64,000 nucleotides of DNA. Source: Macrostomum hystrix (taxonomy: Eukaryota > Animalia > Platyhelminthes). The notes under the pieces were generated by a model that made no database searches, had not been told where the DNA came from, and saw nothing but the letters and a program-made list of their open reading frames with translations. Positions 1 through 12,360 of this stretch are shown here, piece after piece. The translations under genes and the position numbers were made by a program. The DNA lies in assembly GCA_950097015.1 (NCBI GenBank), contig CATNEN010000038.1:16368001-16432000 (forward strand). The letters are read 5' to 3'. The first letter of the stretch is position 1. Each line of letters starts with the position of its first letter.

Positions 1-1565
1 CTAGTGAGGGTTCTTGCTGCGATTCTAGTTAGGATCTAGCTGCGATTCTAGTTAGGGATCCTGCTGCGATTCTAGTTAGGGATCTAGCTGCGATTCTAGT
101 TAGGGATCCTGCTGCGATTCTAGTTAGGGATCTAGCTGCGATTCTAGTTAGGGATCTAGCTGCGATTCTAGTTAGGGATCCTGTGCGATTCTAGTTAGGG
201 ATCTAGCTGCGATTCTAGTGAGGGATCCTGCTGCGATTCTAGTTAGGGATCTAGCTACGATTCTAGTTAGGGATCTAGCTGCGATTCTAGTTAGGGATCT
301 AGCTGCGATTCTAGTTAGGGATCTAGAGTCTGCGATTCTAGTGAGGGATCTTGCTGTGATTCTAGTTAGGGATCCTGCTGCGATTCTAGTTAGGGATACT
401 GTTGCGATTCTAGTTAGGGATCCTGCTGCGATTCTAGTTAGGGATCTAGCTGCGATTCTAGTGAGGGGTCTTGCTGCGATTCTAGTTAGGGATCCTGCTG
501 CGATTCTAGTTAGGGATCCTGCTGCGATTCTAGTTAGGATCTAGCTGCGATTCTAGTTAGGGATCCTGCTGCGATTCTAGTTAGGGATCTAGCTGCGATT
601 CTAGTTAGGGATCTAGCTGCGATTCTAGTTAGGGATCCTGTGCGATTCTAGTTAGGGATCTAGCTGCGATTCTAGTGAGGGATCCTGCTGCGATTCTAGT
701 TAGGGATCCTGCTGCGATTCTAGTGAGGGTTCTTGCTGCGATTCTAGTTAGTGATCCTGCTGCGATTCTAGTTAGGGATCCTGCTGCGATTCTAGTTAGG
801 GATCTAGCTGCGATTCTAGTGAGGGTTCTTGCTGCGATTCTAGTTAGGGATCCTGCTGCGATTCTAGTTAGGGATCCTGCTGCGATTCTAGTTAGGATCT
901 AGCTGCGATTCTAGTTAGGGATCCTGCTGCGATTCTAGTTAGGGATCTAGCTGCGATTCTAGTTAGGGATCTAGCTGCGATTCTAGTTAGGGATCCTGTG
1001 CGATTCTAGTTAGGGATCTAGCTGCGATTCTAGTGAGGGATCCTGCTGCGATTCTAGTTAGGGATCCTGCTGCGATTCTAGTGAGGGTTCTTGCTGCGAT
1101 TCTAGTTAGTGATCCTGCTGCGATTCTAGTTAGGGATCCTGCTGCGATTCTAGTTAGGGATCTAGCTGCGATTCTAGTTAGGGATCTAGCTGCGATTCTA
1201 GTGAGGGATCTTGCTGTGATTCTAGTTAGGGATCCTGCTGCGATTCTAGTTAGGGATCCTGTTGCGATTCTAGTAAGGGATCCTGCTGCGATTCTAGTTA
1301 GGGATCTAGCTGCGATTCTAGTGAGGGTTCTTGCTGCGATTCTAGTTAGGGATCCTGCTGCGATTCTAGTAAGGGTTCCTGCTGCGATTCTAGTTATGGA
1401 TCTTACTGCGATTCTTGTTATGGACTTTGCTGCGATTCTTGTAAGGGATTCTGCTGCGATTCTAGCTTGGGATTCTGCTGCGATTCTTGTTATGGATCTT
1501 GCTGCGATTCTTGTTAGGGATCTAGCTGCGATTCTAGTGAGGGATCCTGCTGCGATTCTAGTTGG
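1..1565. repeat. 24-bp minisatellite (GATTCTAGTTAGGGATCCTGCTGC)n, truncated by the window start
   Basis: Direct tandem repeat with an 8-codon period (RDPAAILV); degenerates towards about 1560. Confidence 0.97.
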
Positions 1566-2215
1566 GAATCTTTCTATAGTATCAGGGATGTGGAGGCTTA
1601 ACTTCATCAGCATATAAGTTAGTTTAAAAAGTATGTTTTGTTGACTCGAAACGCAAAGCAATTGAGGCAGAAGCAATTTCTGATATCACTGCTTTGCATT
1701 TATTCCAATTGGATGCCTTGGTAATTTCTATTTAACTCATCAATAATGCACAGAGTACACTGTATTAAATAATATTTTAAGTTTGGGGCCTCTGAGCTGC
1801 ATGTATGGCACACAAGATCAGAGCTGCCTGACCTTTATGCTTTTGAAAGCAGATATAACTAGCAATATTCAGCTTTTAAATCATTATTTAAGTATTCGGA
1901 TGCTGAAGGCCATTTAACATTGATTAATAAAGCACACAAATGACGCCATGCAATTATTCTAAGCGAATGCATTCAGAACAAGAAAGAATTACAGTAAAAT
2001 ATTGTCTAAGCGACACGATTGACGCACTGTCTGTTACTTCTTCACAGAAAATATTAGGTTTGCTTTGAAATGAACAAGCTTTGTATTCTGTTGTTTTGTC
2101 TTATTGTGAACTTTAAAACTGATAGTCAGGAATTGAGACCCATGTTTCATTCTAAGCAGCATAGCATTTCAACAAGATACGTTAGTTTATCATGTTACTC
2201 AAATTCTCTATTTTG

Positions 2216-2727
2216 AAATCTTGCTGCGATTCTAGCTAGGGTTCCTGCTGCGATTCTAGTTAGGGATCTTGCTGCGATTATAATTAAGGATCCTTCTGCG
2301 ATTCTAGTTAGGGATCTTGCTGCGATTCTAGTTAAGGATCCTGCTGCGATTCTAGTTAAGGATCCTGCTGCGATTATAATTAAGGATCCTTCTGCGATTC
2401 TAGTTAGGGATCTTGCTGCGATTCTAGTTAAGGATCCTGCTGCGATTCTAGTTAAGGATCTTGCTGCGATTCTAGTTAAGGATCCTGCTGCGATTCTACT
2501 TAAGGATCTTGCTGCGATTCTAGTTAGGGTTCCTGCTGCGATTCTAGTTAGAGATTCTGCTGCGATTCTAGTTATGGATCTCGCTGCGATTCTAGTGAGG
2601 GATCCTGCTGCGATTCCAGTTAGGGATCCTGCTGCGATTCCAGTTAGGGATCCTGCTGCGATTCCAGTTAGGGATCCTGCTGCGATTCTAGTTAGGGATC
2701 CTGCTGCGGTTTTATAGTAAGGGATCT
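2216..2727. repeat. Second array of the same 24-bp minisatellite family
   Basis: Same unit with AAGG variants, same orientation, separated from the first array by about 650 bp of unique sequence. Confidence 0.95.
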
Positions 2728-2947
2728 TTTTGTATAGATTAACTGTTGCTATGCCATAGAATAGAAAGTTAGGCCATAGACTATAGAAAGCAATTAGGAA
2801 ACGCGCTAAACTAGAGAAGAAAGACTTCTCCGATTATTCTGTTGGTTGTGCTCGTTTTCTTAATTGATGTAAATCAATGCGCTCATTTTTGTTTTAATAA
2901 AATGTCGTACACTATACAGGCGGATAGTTATATGTCGCGACAGTCTC

Positions 2948-4287
2948 TCAGGCCACAGCTTGCGGCCCGCCCGATTTGTCCGCCTTGGACTGCACTGGCA
3001 GGTACAGCTTGAACTCGGCCGGCAGCTCGTCTTCGCTGTAAAGCCGGTCGCAAAAGTACACCCGTCGAATGCGGCAGTTGGCGTGAATCTTGAACAAGTG
3101 ATTTGTTTTAATGCTGTTAGTTATTAATTGACGTTTTTAACAGTAGAAAAACTACATGGGGGTATTTCAAATACCCTCATGTATTTTCTTTTTTGTGCTT
3201 CCTAAAATATTCAACTAATCGGTTTGGTTTGGAGCTATACTGCGTGTATAACTATAAACATTATTAAAAAAATTATTTCTACATGACTAAAATGGTCCAG
3301 ACAGCTTTTAAATTATTTCAATAAAAAAATAAAGACATATATTTAGACTAGAATTTCACCTGGATTCGCAGTGTCTCAATATAGTTGGTGCCGTAGGCTC
3401 GCCTAGTGAAGTCGGACAGGTTAAACTGGATCTGATTCCAGCCCTCGTCTAGGCGCATCGGCATTGTGCAAATGAACGGCTTCACTCGAGTTGTGCTCTG
3501 GTAGTTTGATGCCCGAAATCTGCGCCTCACGTTCTTGTCGTCAAGGATCTGTGAAAAATGACAAATAATTTATTCACATTTTATAATACTTTTTCTATTT
3601 TTATAAAAAAAACAAATCTACAAACTATATAAAAATTGCTCTCAGTCTAAATTTCAATTTCAACTTTCAACAACCAAAATTTAATATATAAAAGAAATAT
3701 TATATTTTAGTACATGATTTCTTATTATAAATTTGTATTCAAATTTAAAACAGACATAAATGTGCTAAACTTACCTGTACTTCAAAAGTGAAGTACTTCT
3801 TCAGATTCTTAATGATCATAACTAGGAATGGCAGCTTGATGCCCAACGTCTTCTTGGGATCCGATGGGCAGGTGATGAATGTGGTGCTGACATTGGTGCC
3901 CACAATTTCTAGCACCAGGGATTGGATATCGTTGTCAGTGATTCGCTTGATGTGGCCATTTTTAACCTAGAAGAAAAATATAAAATTATATTTATGTAAT
4001 ATAGGTAAGTATAATAGGTAAAATAGGTAATATAAATATATTGGTTATGTTTCAGATAATTCCGATAAATAAATGTGAGGCATTCTAAAATATGTAAATG
4101 TAAGACACATTACAGGTATGTACTTGTGTCTATAATGCAACATAAAACTTCTAGATAACAATCAGTTCTTGGCTGGATGCAAGTAATAAAAATATTTACT
4201 TACGTTTTTATCCCAGATCATCAGTGGCTTGCTGCCAATACTGTATAATACTGAAAGAAAACCACTTTGGAAAGTATTCTTAAACAT
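2948..4287 (-). CDS. CFAP20: Cilia- and flagella-associated protein 20 (CFAP20/BUG22), 201 aa, 4 exons
   Basis: Exons 4287-4204, 3966-3775, 3548-3360 and 3088-2948; all GT-AG and phase 0; 606 nt. Translation [28 protein letters not shown]|[21 protein letters not shown]...FTFEVQ|[44 protein letters not shown]...|[33 protein letters not shown] is the highly conserved CFAP20 sequence. Confidence 0.97.
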
Positions 4288-4420
4288 GTCACTGTCTTTT
4301 TTTATAAACACGCCGAATATATCAGTGTCGTAACTTATAGTTAACAATCCAAAATGTGATTGCGGTGGCGAATAGTTTCGATTCGATCAAATAAAGACCG
4401 TATTTCAAATTACCGCGCTA

Positions 4421-4473
4421 GTTGCTAGTAGATACTGCAAATGTACTGCGTTTAGAAAATTTCCCCGTTGCTA
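4421..4473. promoter_or_regulatory. RFX X-box-like sites upstream of CFAP20
   Basis: GTTGCTAGTAGATAC (4421-4435) and half-site GTTGCTA (4467-4473), 135-185 bp upstream of the ATG of a ciliary gene. Confidence 0.55.
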
Positions 4474-6418
4474 AACACTTTGCACTAATGAAATGATAAT
4501 TGCTTAGTTGAATAGCTACAAAATCTTTTTATCTCAGAACTGTGAGCTTTTGCTGAATCTTAGTCGCTTGCGAACATAAAATGGGAAAAATGTTTTTATA
4601 CTACAATAAAACGATAAATTAAACAACCCGGTACTAAGTGATGTTCAGTCCCAAAAAGCACTCGCAATTATTGATAATTGATCCGGTTAGGGAGCTAAAG
4701 TTCTGAGATATGTGATTTATAATATTTTTAACTCCTACTTTTGTAGTAATCTTTAGAAATCGGGTAACGTCCTTAATATATAGTCGGAGTAAAGAGAACA
4801 AATATTTTTATGCTATTAACCGGTATTATTATTAGTCCTATTTTGTTTTTTTTTCGTAGCCTGACAATCATGACACAAGTTATAAGAGAAGAAGTGACGG
4901 CTAGAATTCTGTACTAGCTTTTTTTAATCCGATTAGATGCTTCGAACAAAAGATAAGTGTTCCGTATATTTTAAAATAGGCTAAATACACATGTAAAGAA
5001 ATTAATTTATCGTATTATGTCCACATCATTTCCTTATACGCTGAGAATACAAAATAGTTTGAATATAAACAGTACTGTTTATTTCGGATTCAGAGAACTG
5101 CATCATCGAGGCAAAAAACGTACCTGTACCAAAAGAGAAATTTGCTGATCGATGAGATAAATGAGCTAGATTCGCTGATCGTAATAAACGTTTAAGTAAA
5201 TCAATAACAGCCATTCAATATAAAAATGGACTACATGGTAGAACAGTGATAAAAATTTTAATCATTGAAAACTGACTAAAAAATAAAAAGCAACTAAACG
5301 GAACAAAAATTTGGACTTAAATACATAAAAGTTTTAATTAAACTTGGCTGCCAAACACAAAGTAGGAATATATACGTTCGTCTAGCAGAATCATAAATCT
5401 TACAATTATTCTTCCCATCTATCTTTTCATTCGCACATCAGCAGCAGTATTTTGCAGCAAATGAAGAAGTGTCATTTTTATACTCTTATATATTGTGTTT
5501 TTGTGTGCCATATATATATGAGCGGCAAGTGACATGTATGGGGATCGTAATTTATTCTAAGATTGCGTCAACAAATAAAAGCTTGCAAACAAATACACAA
5601 CACAAAGCGGGACAATAGGATTATGGGTAGTAGAGTATAATAAGCTAAAGGTGTTGTAAAAAAATCTCCCAAGCGAAGTCAATCCCCTTGTGTCAGGCCG
5701 TCACAGTGTATCGGACCAAACCTACTCGAGTCGTAAATTAAGAAACCTGCTGGACAACGCAACGACTATATAGTATTTCCTCTGAAAGTGTCAACGACTG
5801 GGAAAAGAAAATTAAGCCTGCCTGGTGCTTTATGTGCAGAATTATTGCACCGCTAATATATGTAATATATGGACCACAAACACAAGCCTCGCCCATGGTT
5901 ACATAACACACTGTTAAACTCTTCCCCTACAGAGCTAACATCCCGCACTGACTAACTGGACAGCCACTGACCGCGGGGATTTGAAAAACCTCCTCCCCGC
6001 CATACCCAAGGGGATCTGGCAGCTGAGGATCACACTAAACCTATTTCTCCCCTTTATACTGTCAACAGCGGCTGCTTCTATATATGTAGCTGGAATTGGG
6101 AATTGGGATAATGGCTAATTGCTACTACTAATATTACTATGCGAGAATGCGATATCCTCGAATTCCCTTTCGCTGAGTGAATTCGGCCACTTGCTACTAT
6201 CGGATCGATACAGTTAATTGACTGCGAACTAATTTGCATACATTTGATTCTTTTTGCGATTGTGAAAATTTCTGTTGACAATCCACGATGCCATGCGTCT
6301 AGATTGCATTAATTTTGAACAGTAGTTTTGTTGATGAAAAACTGACGACTTTGAATTTCCCAAAGGATTTATTTTAGTTCGCAGCTCACTTTTCATTATG
6401 AGCACAGTGATAAACAGT

Positions 6419-6646
6419 CCACAGGATCCGCTCCCTCCTGACAATGCACTCCACAGGATCCGCTCCCTCCTGACAATGCACTCCACAGGATCCGCTCCCA
6501 CCTGATGACAATCCACTCCACAGAATCCGCTCCCTCCTGACAATCCAATCCACAGAATCCGCTCCCTCCTGACAATCCAATCCACAGAATCCGCTCCCTC
6601 CTGACAATCCAATCCACAGAATCCGCTCCCTCCTGACAATGCACTC
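6419..6646. repeat. 32-bp tandem repeat (CCACAGGATCCGCTCCCTCCTGACAATGCACT), about 7 copies
   Basis: Direct tandem copies about 70 bp downstream of the stop of the M13-like gene (probable 3' UTR). Confidence 0.92.
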
Positions 6647-6718
6647 AAAAGTGACGCCTTTCCAATAAAGTTTTTTGTTAACAGAGACACTAAAATACCA
6701 GCACTAGCCGGCATGCCT

Positions 6719-8989
6719 TCAGCACTGGGAGCTGCAGCCGAAGGCTCGCCTCACTTCCGGCAGCCTGCCGAGTACCGCATCGACAAACTTCTCCGATCTG
6801 ACAGGGTCCGATGCGGACTCTGACAAGACCGCAGCCGATGTGACCTTCCGGCAGGTCAACTGAACGACGCCTAGGATTGTCGGCCTAGCCTGATCATCGA
6901 CCGGCTTCTTCGAATGAGCCGACAGGGCTACTCGAAGGCTGAGCAGACTGGTCAGCTTCTTGGTAGCGTCATCGGAGTTTAAGTTGAATCCGGCAGAGCC
7001 CGGACAGCTGCCGCTGCTGGTCAGATTGCTCAAAAGATTAGCCGGCAATTGTTCCAACATTCTCTGCTCACTTACAAAATTCTTGAGCAATTCGTAGGCT
7101 ACGAGAAAGTTCATGGATGGCTCGGAGGGCAGGGCCGCGAAGTAGAACTCCATGGGATATGGGAATCTGCGCCAATCGCGATTCAACTCGGCCCTGATGA
7201 AGCTTGGAGGCTGGAATCCGCTAAACTCGGGATCGAAGCTAAAGGCTGACTTGACATCTGCGGCGGCTGCCTGGGGGCTCCAAGCCAGCCTGTAGGCAAT
7301 ACGCCTGCGCTCTCTCAAGGCGTCCAGCAGGTTGTTGAAGTAGGAACCGGTCCTGGGAAAGTACATCTGGCCATAGACAATCCGCATGCGCTCCGAGCTT
7401 CGAGTCCAGTCGGGCAAGTCGCCGACAGTCGCAGACAACGCCGCGACGCCGAGCTGAGATCGAATTATTTCAACAGTCGAGCTGAGCTTCGCGTCCAGTT
7501 CTAGATGATCAACGAACAGTCGAGCCGTAGGCTGCGGATAGAGGCTGAGAAGCGTTGCTAGGCAAGCTTCCGGCTTGCCAACCGTCGAAGATTCGATCAT
7601 CGTAGCCGCGTCCAACGAGCCGAGCAGATGCGGCTGCAGGGCGGCGAGAGCGTTGACAAACGCGTAGCCAATCAGAGTATCCGGGTCCTGTCGGGCGGCG
7701 AGCTCCAGAACTTCGCGAACCGAGCGGCGACCGACAATTCGAAGGCCGTCGTACTCAACGCTAGCAGCTTGGTCGGACACTGTGTCAGGGAATAGAACAC
7801 GACGAAAATTGCTCCAACCGGTGGCGCCGTTCGGAAATAGACTGGCCACTTCGTCGAAACTGATGTAGCTGCTCGGCATTGACGTGGAATTTCGGCCCTC
7901 CTCCGCCGTCCAAGAGTCCAACACTCGCCAGAGTTCCTCGTGCAGGCTCACAACCTTCTCAACGATGACGAAGGGCAATCCGCGGCCAAGAAATTTGAAG
8001 GCCGACTCGACAGCCCGGGTGGTGCGGTCGCGGCTGCCGCGGCCAAGGCGAGGCGGCGTCGGCTGAAGTCGCAGCGGCAGCGGACGGCCGGAACTTGCAG
8101 TCGTCGCACAGCCGTCGTCATCGGGTCTGACGTCCAGCAGCGCAGGCAGATCGTGGATGGCGAACTGCGCCAGCACAGCCTCCGGCGAGTGCTTGAAGCC
8201 CCAGAGGATGGACTCCGAGCCGAAGACGGACATTGGCGTGAATCGGTTTGAGTCGGCGAACGCCGCAATGAGCTGGTCGGGTTTGAGTCGATCAAACACA
8301 AGACACGATTGAGTCAGATTGCTCAACGCTTGAGCCCAGCTTGGCGGCGGGCTCTGCTTTTGAGACTTCGGCAGCAGGAGCATCAGCTCGAGCAGCGAGT
8401 CCTGGATTCGAAGCTGGGCCTGACGAATCGCGCTTGTCTCGGTGTCGACCGCGCGACCATTCCAGGAAAGACTGACAACGTCGGCAAAGCGACCGCAGGC
8501 GTGTCGGTAGAGACTGACGCACGGATCAGCCTCCGGCGAGATGAAGGATGCCGCCTCCGTTGATAGGAGCGGAGTGCGTTGGAGCTGCTGATAAAGCCGC
8601 GCCTGCTGCTGCTGACAGTTGATCTGTGAGGGCCTATTCGAATCCCATTTTACTCGCTGGCCGTCAGCAACCAGAAGGCGAGGGTCAATGTAGAAATAGA
8701 ACAGGCAGAGGATGGCAAACCCAGCGGCCAAAAGCGCCAGTAGGATGGCGAGGATCCAGGTGCTCAGGCGGCAGCGGCGTGCTCCGCCGACGCGCGAAGA
8801 CTTGCCGACAGCGTTGTCGGACTCAATGCGGATGTGGGCCTCGTCAGATGTTTCGCTGTCGGGTTGGAGTGGGTGATGCTGCTGTTGCAGCTGCTGCTGC
8901 TGCTGCTTATGGGTGAGAAGTGATTCCTTTTCAGTTTCAACCGGGTGGCAATTGTTGCCAGGGACAACTTGCTTATTGCTATTGGCCAT
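6719..8989 (-). CDS. Neprilysin/ECE (peptidase M13)-like type II membrane protein, probably non-catalytic, 756 aa, single coding exon
   Basis: Short cytoplasmic N-terminus, one TM segment (WILAILLALLAAGFAILCLFYFYI), M13 N-terminal motif DPCVSLYRHACGRF (cf. DPCxDFYxYACGxW) and C-terminal LPEVRRAFGC (cf. xPEFxxAFxC). No HExxH present. Confidence 0.8.
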   Translation of the reverse strand: MANSNKQVVPGNNCHPVETEKESLLTHKQQQQQLQQQHHPLQPDSETSDEAHIRIESDNAVGKSSRVGGARRCRLSTWILAILLALLAAGFAILCLFYFYIDPRLLVADGQRVKWDSNRPSQINCQQQQARLYQQLQRTPLLSTEAASFISPEADPCVSLYRHACGRFADVVSLSWNGRAVDTETSAIRQAQLRIQDSLLELMLLLPKSQKQSPPPSWAQALSNLTQSCLVFDRLKPDQLIAAFADSNRFTPMSVFGSESILWGFKHSPEAVLAQFAIHDLPALLDVRPDDDGCATTASSGRPLPLRLQPTPPRLGRGSRDRTTRAVESAFKFLGRGLPFVIVEKVVSLHEELWRVLDSWTAEEGRNSTSMPSSYISFDEVASLFPNGATGWSNFRRVLFPDTVSDQAASVEYDGLRIVGRRSVREVLELAARQDPDTLIGYAFVNALAALQPHLLGSLDAATMIESSTVGKPEACLATLLSLYPQPTARLFVDHLELDAKLSSTVEIIRSQLGVAALSATVGDLPDWTRSSERMRIVYGQMYFPRTGSYFNNLLDALRERRRIAYRLAWSPQAAAADVKSAFSFDPEFSGFQPPSFIRAELNRDWRRFPYPMEFYFAALPSEPSMNFLVAYELLKNFVSEQRMLEQLPANLLSNLTSSGSCPGSAGFNLNSDDATKKLTSLLSLRVALSAHSKKPVDDQARPTILGVVQLTCRKVTSAAVLSESASDPVRSEKFVDAVLGRLPEVRRAFGCSSQC

Positions 8990-10034
8990 TGTGCTAAACT
9001 TCTAATTGAAGATATTGAAGAATGTGAACCGGTTTTTAAATAAAAAAGATTCTTAACTGTCTAAATATAAGTGTCCACAAAATGGATTTGAATCTTTCAG
9101 CTAAACAGCCTCCAATTGGTCGGTTGGGCTTCAGCCAATGGCGTTGCTGCATGAAATGGCCCAGTATACAATAGCCACATTCAACATGTTATCACACGCA
9201 AATGAGCTATGAAATATGTAGGTCTTTTGTCTGCTAGTCATGTTGGGCACTGATCAATTATTAATCAATAACTGATTTTATCGATTCCGCTATATTGTGA
9301 CAGATAGTGTTTCTGTGTGTCTGTATGGGTATTTATTTTACGCATTCTGTCACAATAAGCTTGAAGATTTTCATGATAATTATTGGTGATCAATCACAGC
9401 CATAGATGATGACGATGATAAGTACGAGCGAGTCAATCTGCGAGTAAATATCGAATGAGAATTTATGTCAGCTCCAACGACCGACAAATGCCATCAAAAG
9501 CAGCTTAGCAGATCTCAAATTAACAAAAAAAACGCAAATGATATGGAAAACTAAATATTGATATCTATTGCCTTTTCCTAACGATACGGTCATTATTTCG
9601 GGACAGAGAAAAATGAGGCGATAAATCGATAGATGCTGATTAATGACTATCATTGGCTTCCATTGTAGCTATTACTCACTCCACTGATTGTGAGTCTTGC
9701 CGTAGAAAATGAGCACTAACCTCAGTTGAACTCGCATCATGTAGCCAAGTCAGCAAAGTTTTGATCAACCTGTGCGTCGGCTCAGAAATATTTTCCTAAT
9801 GGCATCGTTGTTGCAATATGGGTTTTAGTCCAATGCTCACGTTTATTAAACTGCTCGCAAAAGACATTCATTAGGGATATTCGGTCATTCATTAGGGATA
9901 TTCGGAAAAATTTGGCCAACAAAACTTCTAGTTGTTGTCAATCATAAAAAATTATTCTAAAGGCAATGAATAGCGAATTTGTAGTTCTCCTATACTGTGC
10001 CTTGATAGCAACATATGGCTTGGCTTGTGAACGA

Positions 10035-10330
10035 ATGGGAATTCTATGGGAATATTTTCGATTCTATGAGATTCTATGGGATTACTTTAGATTCTATGGG
10101 ATTATGTTAGATTCTATGGGGTTACATTAGATTCTATGGGATTACATTAGATTCTATGGGATTACATTAGATTCTATGGGATTACATTAGATTCTATGGG
10201 ATTCTATGAGATTCTATGGGATTCTATGAGATTCTATGATGATATTCTTTGTGATTCTATGGGATTCTATAGAATCTACATGAGATTCTTGGATGAGATT
10301 CTATAGGGATTATTTGGGATTCTATAGGAT
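10035..10330. repeat. 20-bp minisatellite (ATTCTATGGGATTACATTAG)n, built from 10-bp subunits
   Basis: Direct tandem repeat with degenerate flanks. Confidence 0.88.
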
Positions 10331-11643
10331 TCTGTAGAATTTATTTGAATTCTATGTGATGATCTTAATCCGAACCCAAAACTTTAAGCGCAATAAATGT
10401 TCTAGTATAGCCTACTATAAATTGGTTGTCTAGCTACGTCGAATCTACGGTTGCTATGCTGTATCTAAGCCGCATTTAGGTATCTCAATGGACATTAGTT
10501 AAATAACCCAGTAATTAAATCACAGTGTGCCTCGCGTGTCGCTCCAACTATCCTAGGTGCGTGCAATCACTGATTTTGACCATATGGTTTTGTAATTATT
10601 CTTGACACTAGTAGCTCATATTTTTATATTCCATTTGATGATGTCTTTGAACAGGTTCCTAAAACTGAAAATTAAACTGCCAATCAAAAGCTTCTAACTA
10701 TCTAATCGAAAGTGTCAACCGCGATGTTTGTAAAGAATTATTTAACAGCTATTTTTCAATTACACAGATAGCCATGGAATTCTAGATATCATATTGAAAT
10801 TCCACGTTCTACATCTAGAGTTCCATTATAAAAATTAAATCAGAATTTAGTCAGTTATATAAACACAAAGCTAGTGTGTATTATTGTATTCGGCGTTTAT
10901 TAAGAATAGCGAAAATTGCGCAATGTGCTAACGAAAATGTGATGCAAAGAGCAGACTCGGCAATTGACGAATGAGCCCCCTTCAGTTTGAAGCTGCCCTG
11001 TCTATTGCATACAGACCCTGGTTAGATCCTTGGACACGAACTCGGAGCTCTGAGTGCCGACAAAGCTGTGACAAGCTCAAGCAAGCACATATTTAACTTG
11101 AGTTGCGTCTGGCTTTGCTTTTAGAATTAAGTTGCTGCCGCTGCTTTTAGAAGACAAATTTGCTTAGGAATTACAGCACACTATTTCCCGTCCAAGGGTC
11201 CTAGGTTCCTTAATATAAATTAAAAGCTATCAACTTTGATTGATGACTGATTGATAAATTGATAAATGAATCTGTCTCATTTGAAATTTCTCTAAAAATG
11301 ATTGACATTTTCCTGTACGAGACAGGTTCTTTTAAGATTTAAGCAAACAATTGTTGAATGGATTTCTAATTTAAAAGGCTTTCCCACTTGAGTTCTGCTT
11401 CCATTGAATAGTTAAGCATATTAACAAAATTTGCTTCACTAATACTACGAGCTTGTATCAGCGCTAAATTAACGATGCAAGTCGGGTCATCAAATTGGCA
11501 ATATAAGATTAATTAGTCATTTCATCTCTTGTTGTCAATGTGAAACGTGAGAAGTGATTTGTCACCTGTTGCCTTCTGCTCTGATTTTTTTCATCTAGCG
11601 TTTTTTTGACGCAGATGTACCATGCGGCAAGCGCTAATGTGTA

Positions 11644-12360
11644 GCGACAAGAGATTCTATGGGAGTGACTAGAGATTCTATGGGAGTGACATAAGATTCT
11701 ATGGGAGTGACTAGAGATTCTATGGGAGTGACAAGAGATTCTATGGGAGTGACAAGATATTCTATGGGAGTGACAAGAGATTCTATGGGAGTGACAAGAT
11801 ATTCTATGGGAGTGACAAGAGATTCTATGGGAGTGACAAGAGATTCTATGGGAGTGACAAGAGATTCTATGGGAGTGACAAGAGATTCTATGGGAGTGAC
11901 AAGAGATTCTATGGGAGTGACTAGAGATTCTATGGGAGTGACAAGAGATTCTATGGGAGTGACAAGAGATTCTATGGGAGTGACTAGAGATTCTATGGGA
12001 GTGACAAGATATTCTATGGGAGTGACAAGATATTCTATGGGAGTGACAAGATATTCTATGGGAGTGACAAGAGATTCTATGGGAGTGACAAGAGATTCTA
12101 TGGGAGTGACAAGAGATTCTATGGGAGTGACAAGATATTCTATGGGAGTGACAAGAGATTCTATGGGAGTGACTAGAGATTCTATGGGAGTGACAAGAGA
12201 TTCTATGGGAGTGACTAGAGATTCTATGGGAGTGACAAGAGATTCTATGGGAGTGACAAGAGATTCTATGGGAGTGACTAGAGATTCTATGGGAGTGACA
12301 AGAGATTCTATGGGAGTACCAACAGATTATTTGGGAGCGAAAAGAGATTCTATGGGAGTG
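11644..12360. repeat. 21-bp minisatellite (GAGATTCTATGGGAGTGACAA)n, about 33 copies
   Basis: Highly homogeneous tandem array; produces the spurious MGVTRDS ORF. Confidence 0.97.

Noticed and set aside
218-1676. RDPAAILV and TRIAAGSL repeat ORFs
   Set aside because: Satellite translations interrupted by frameshifting unit variants.
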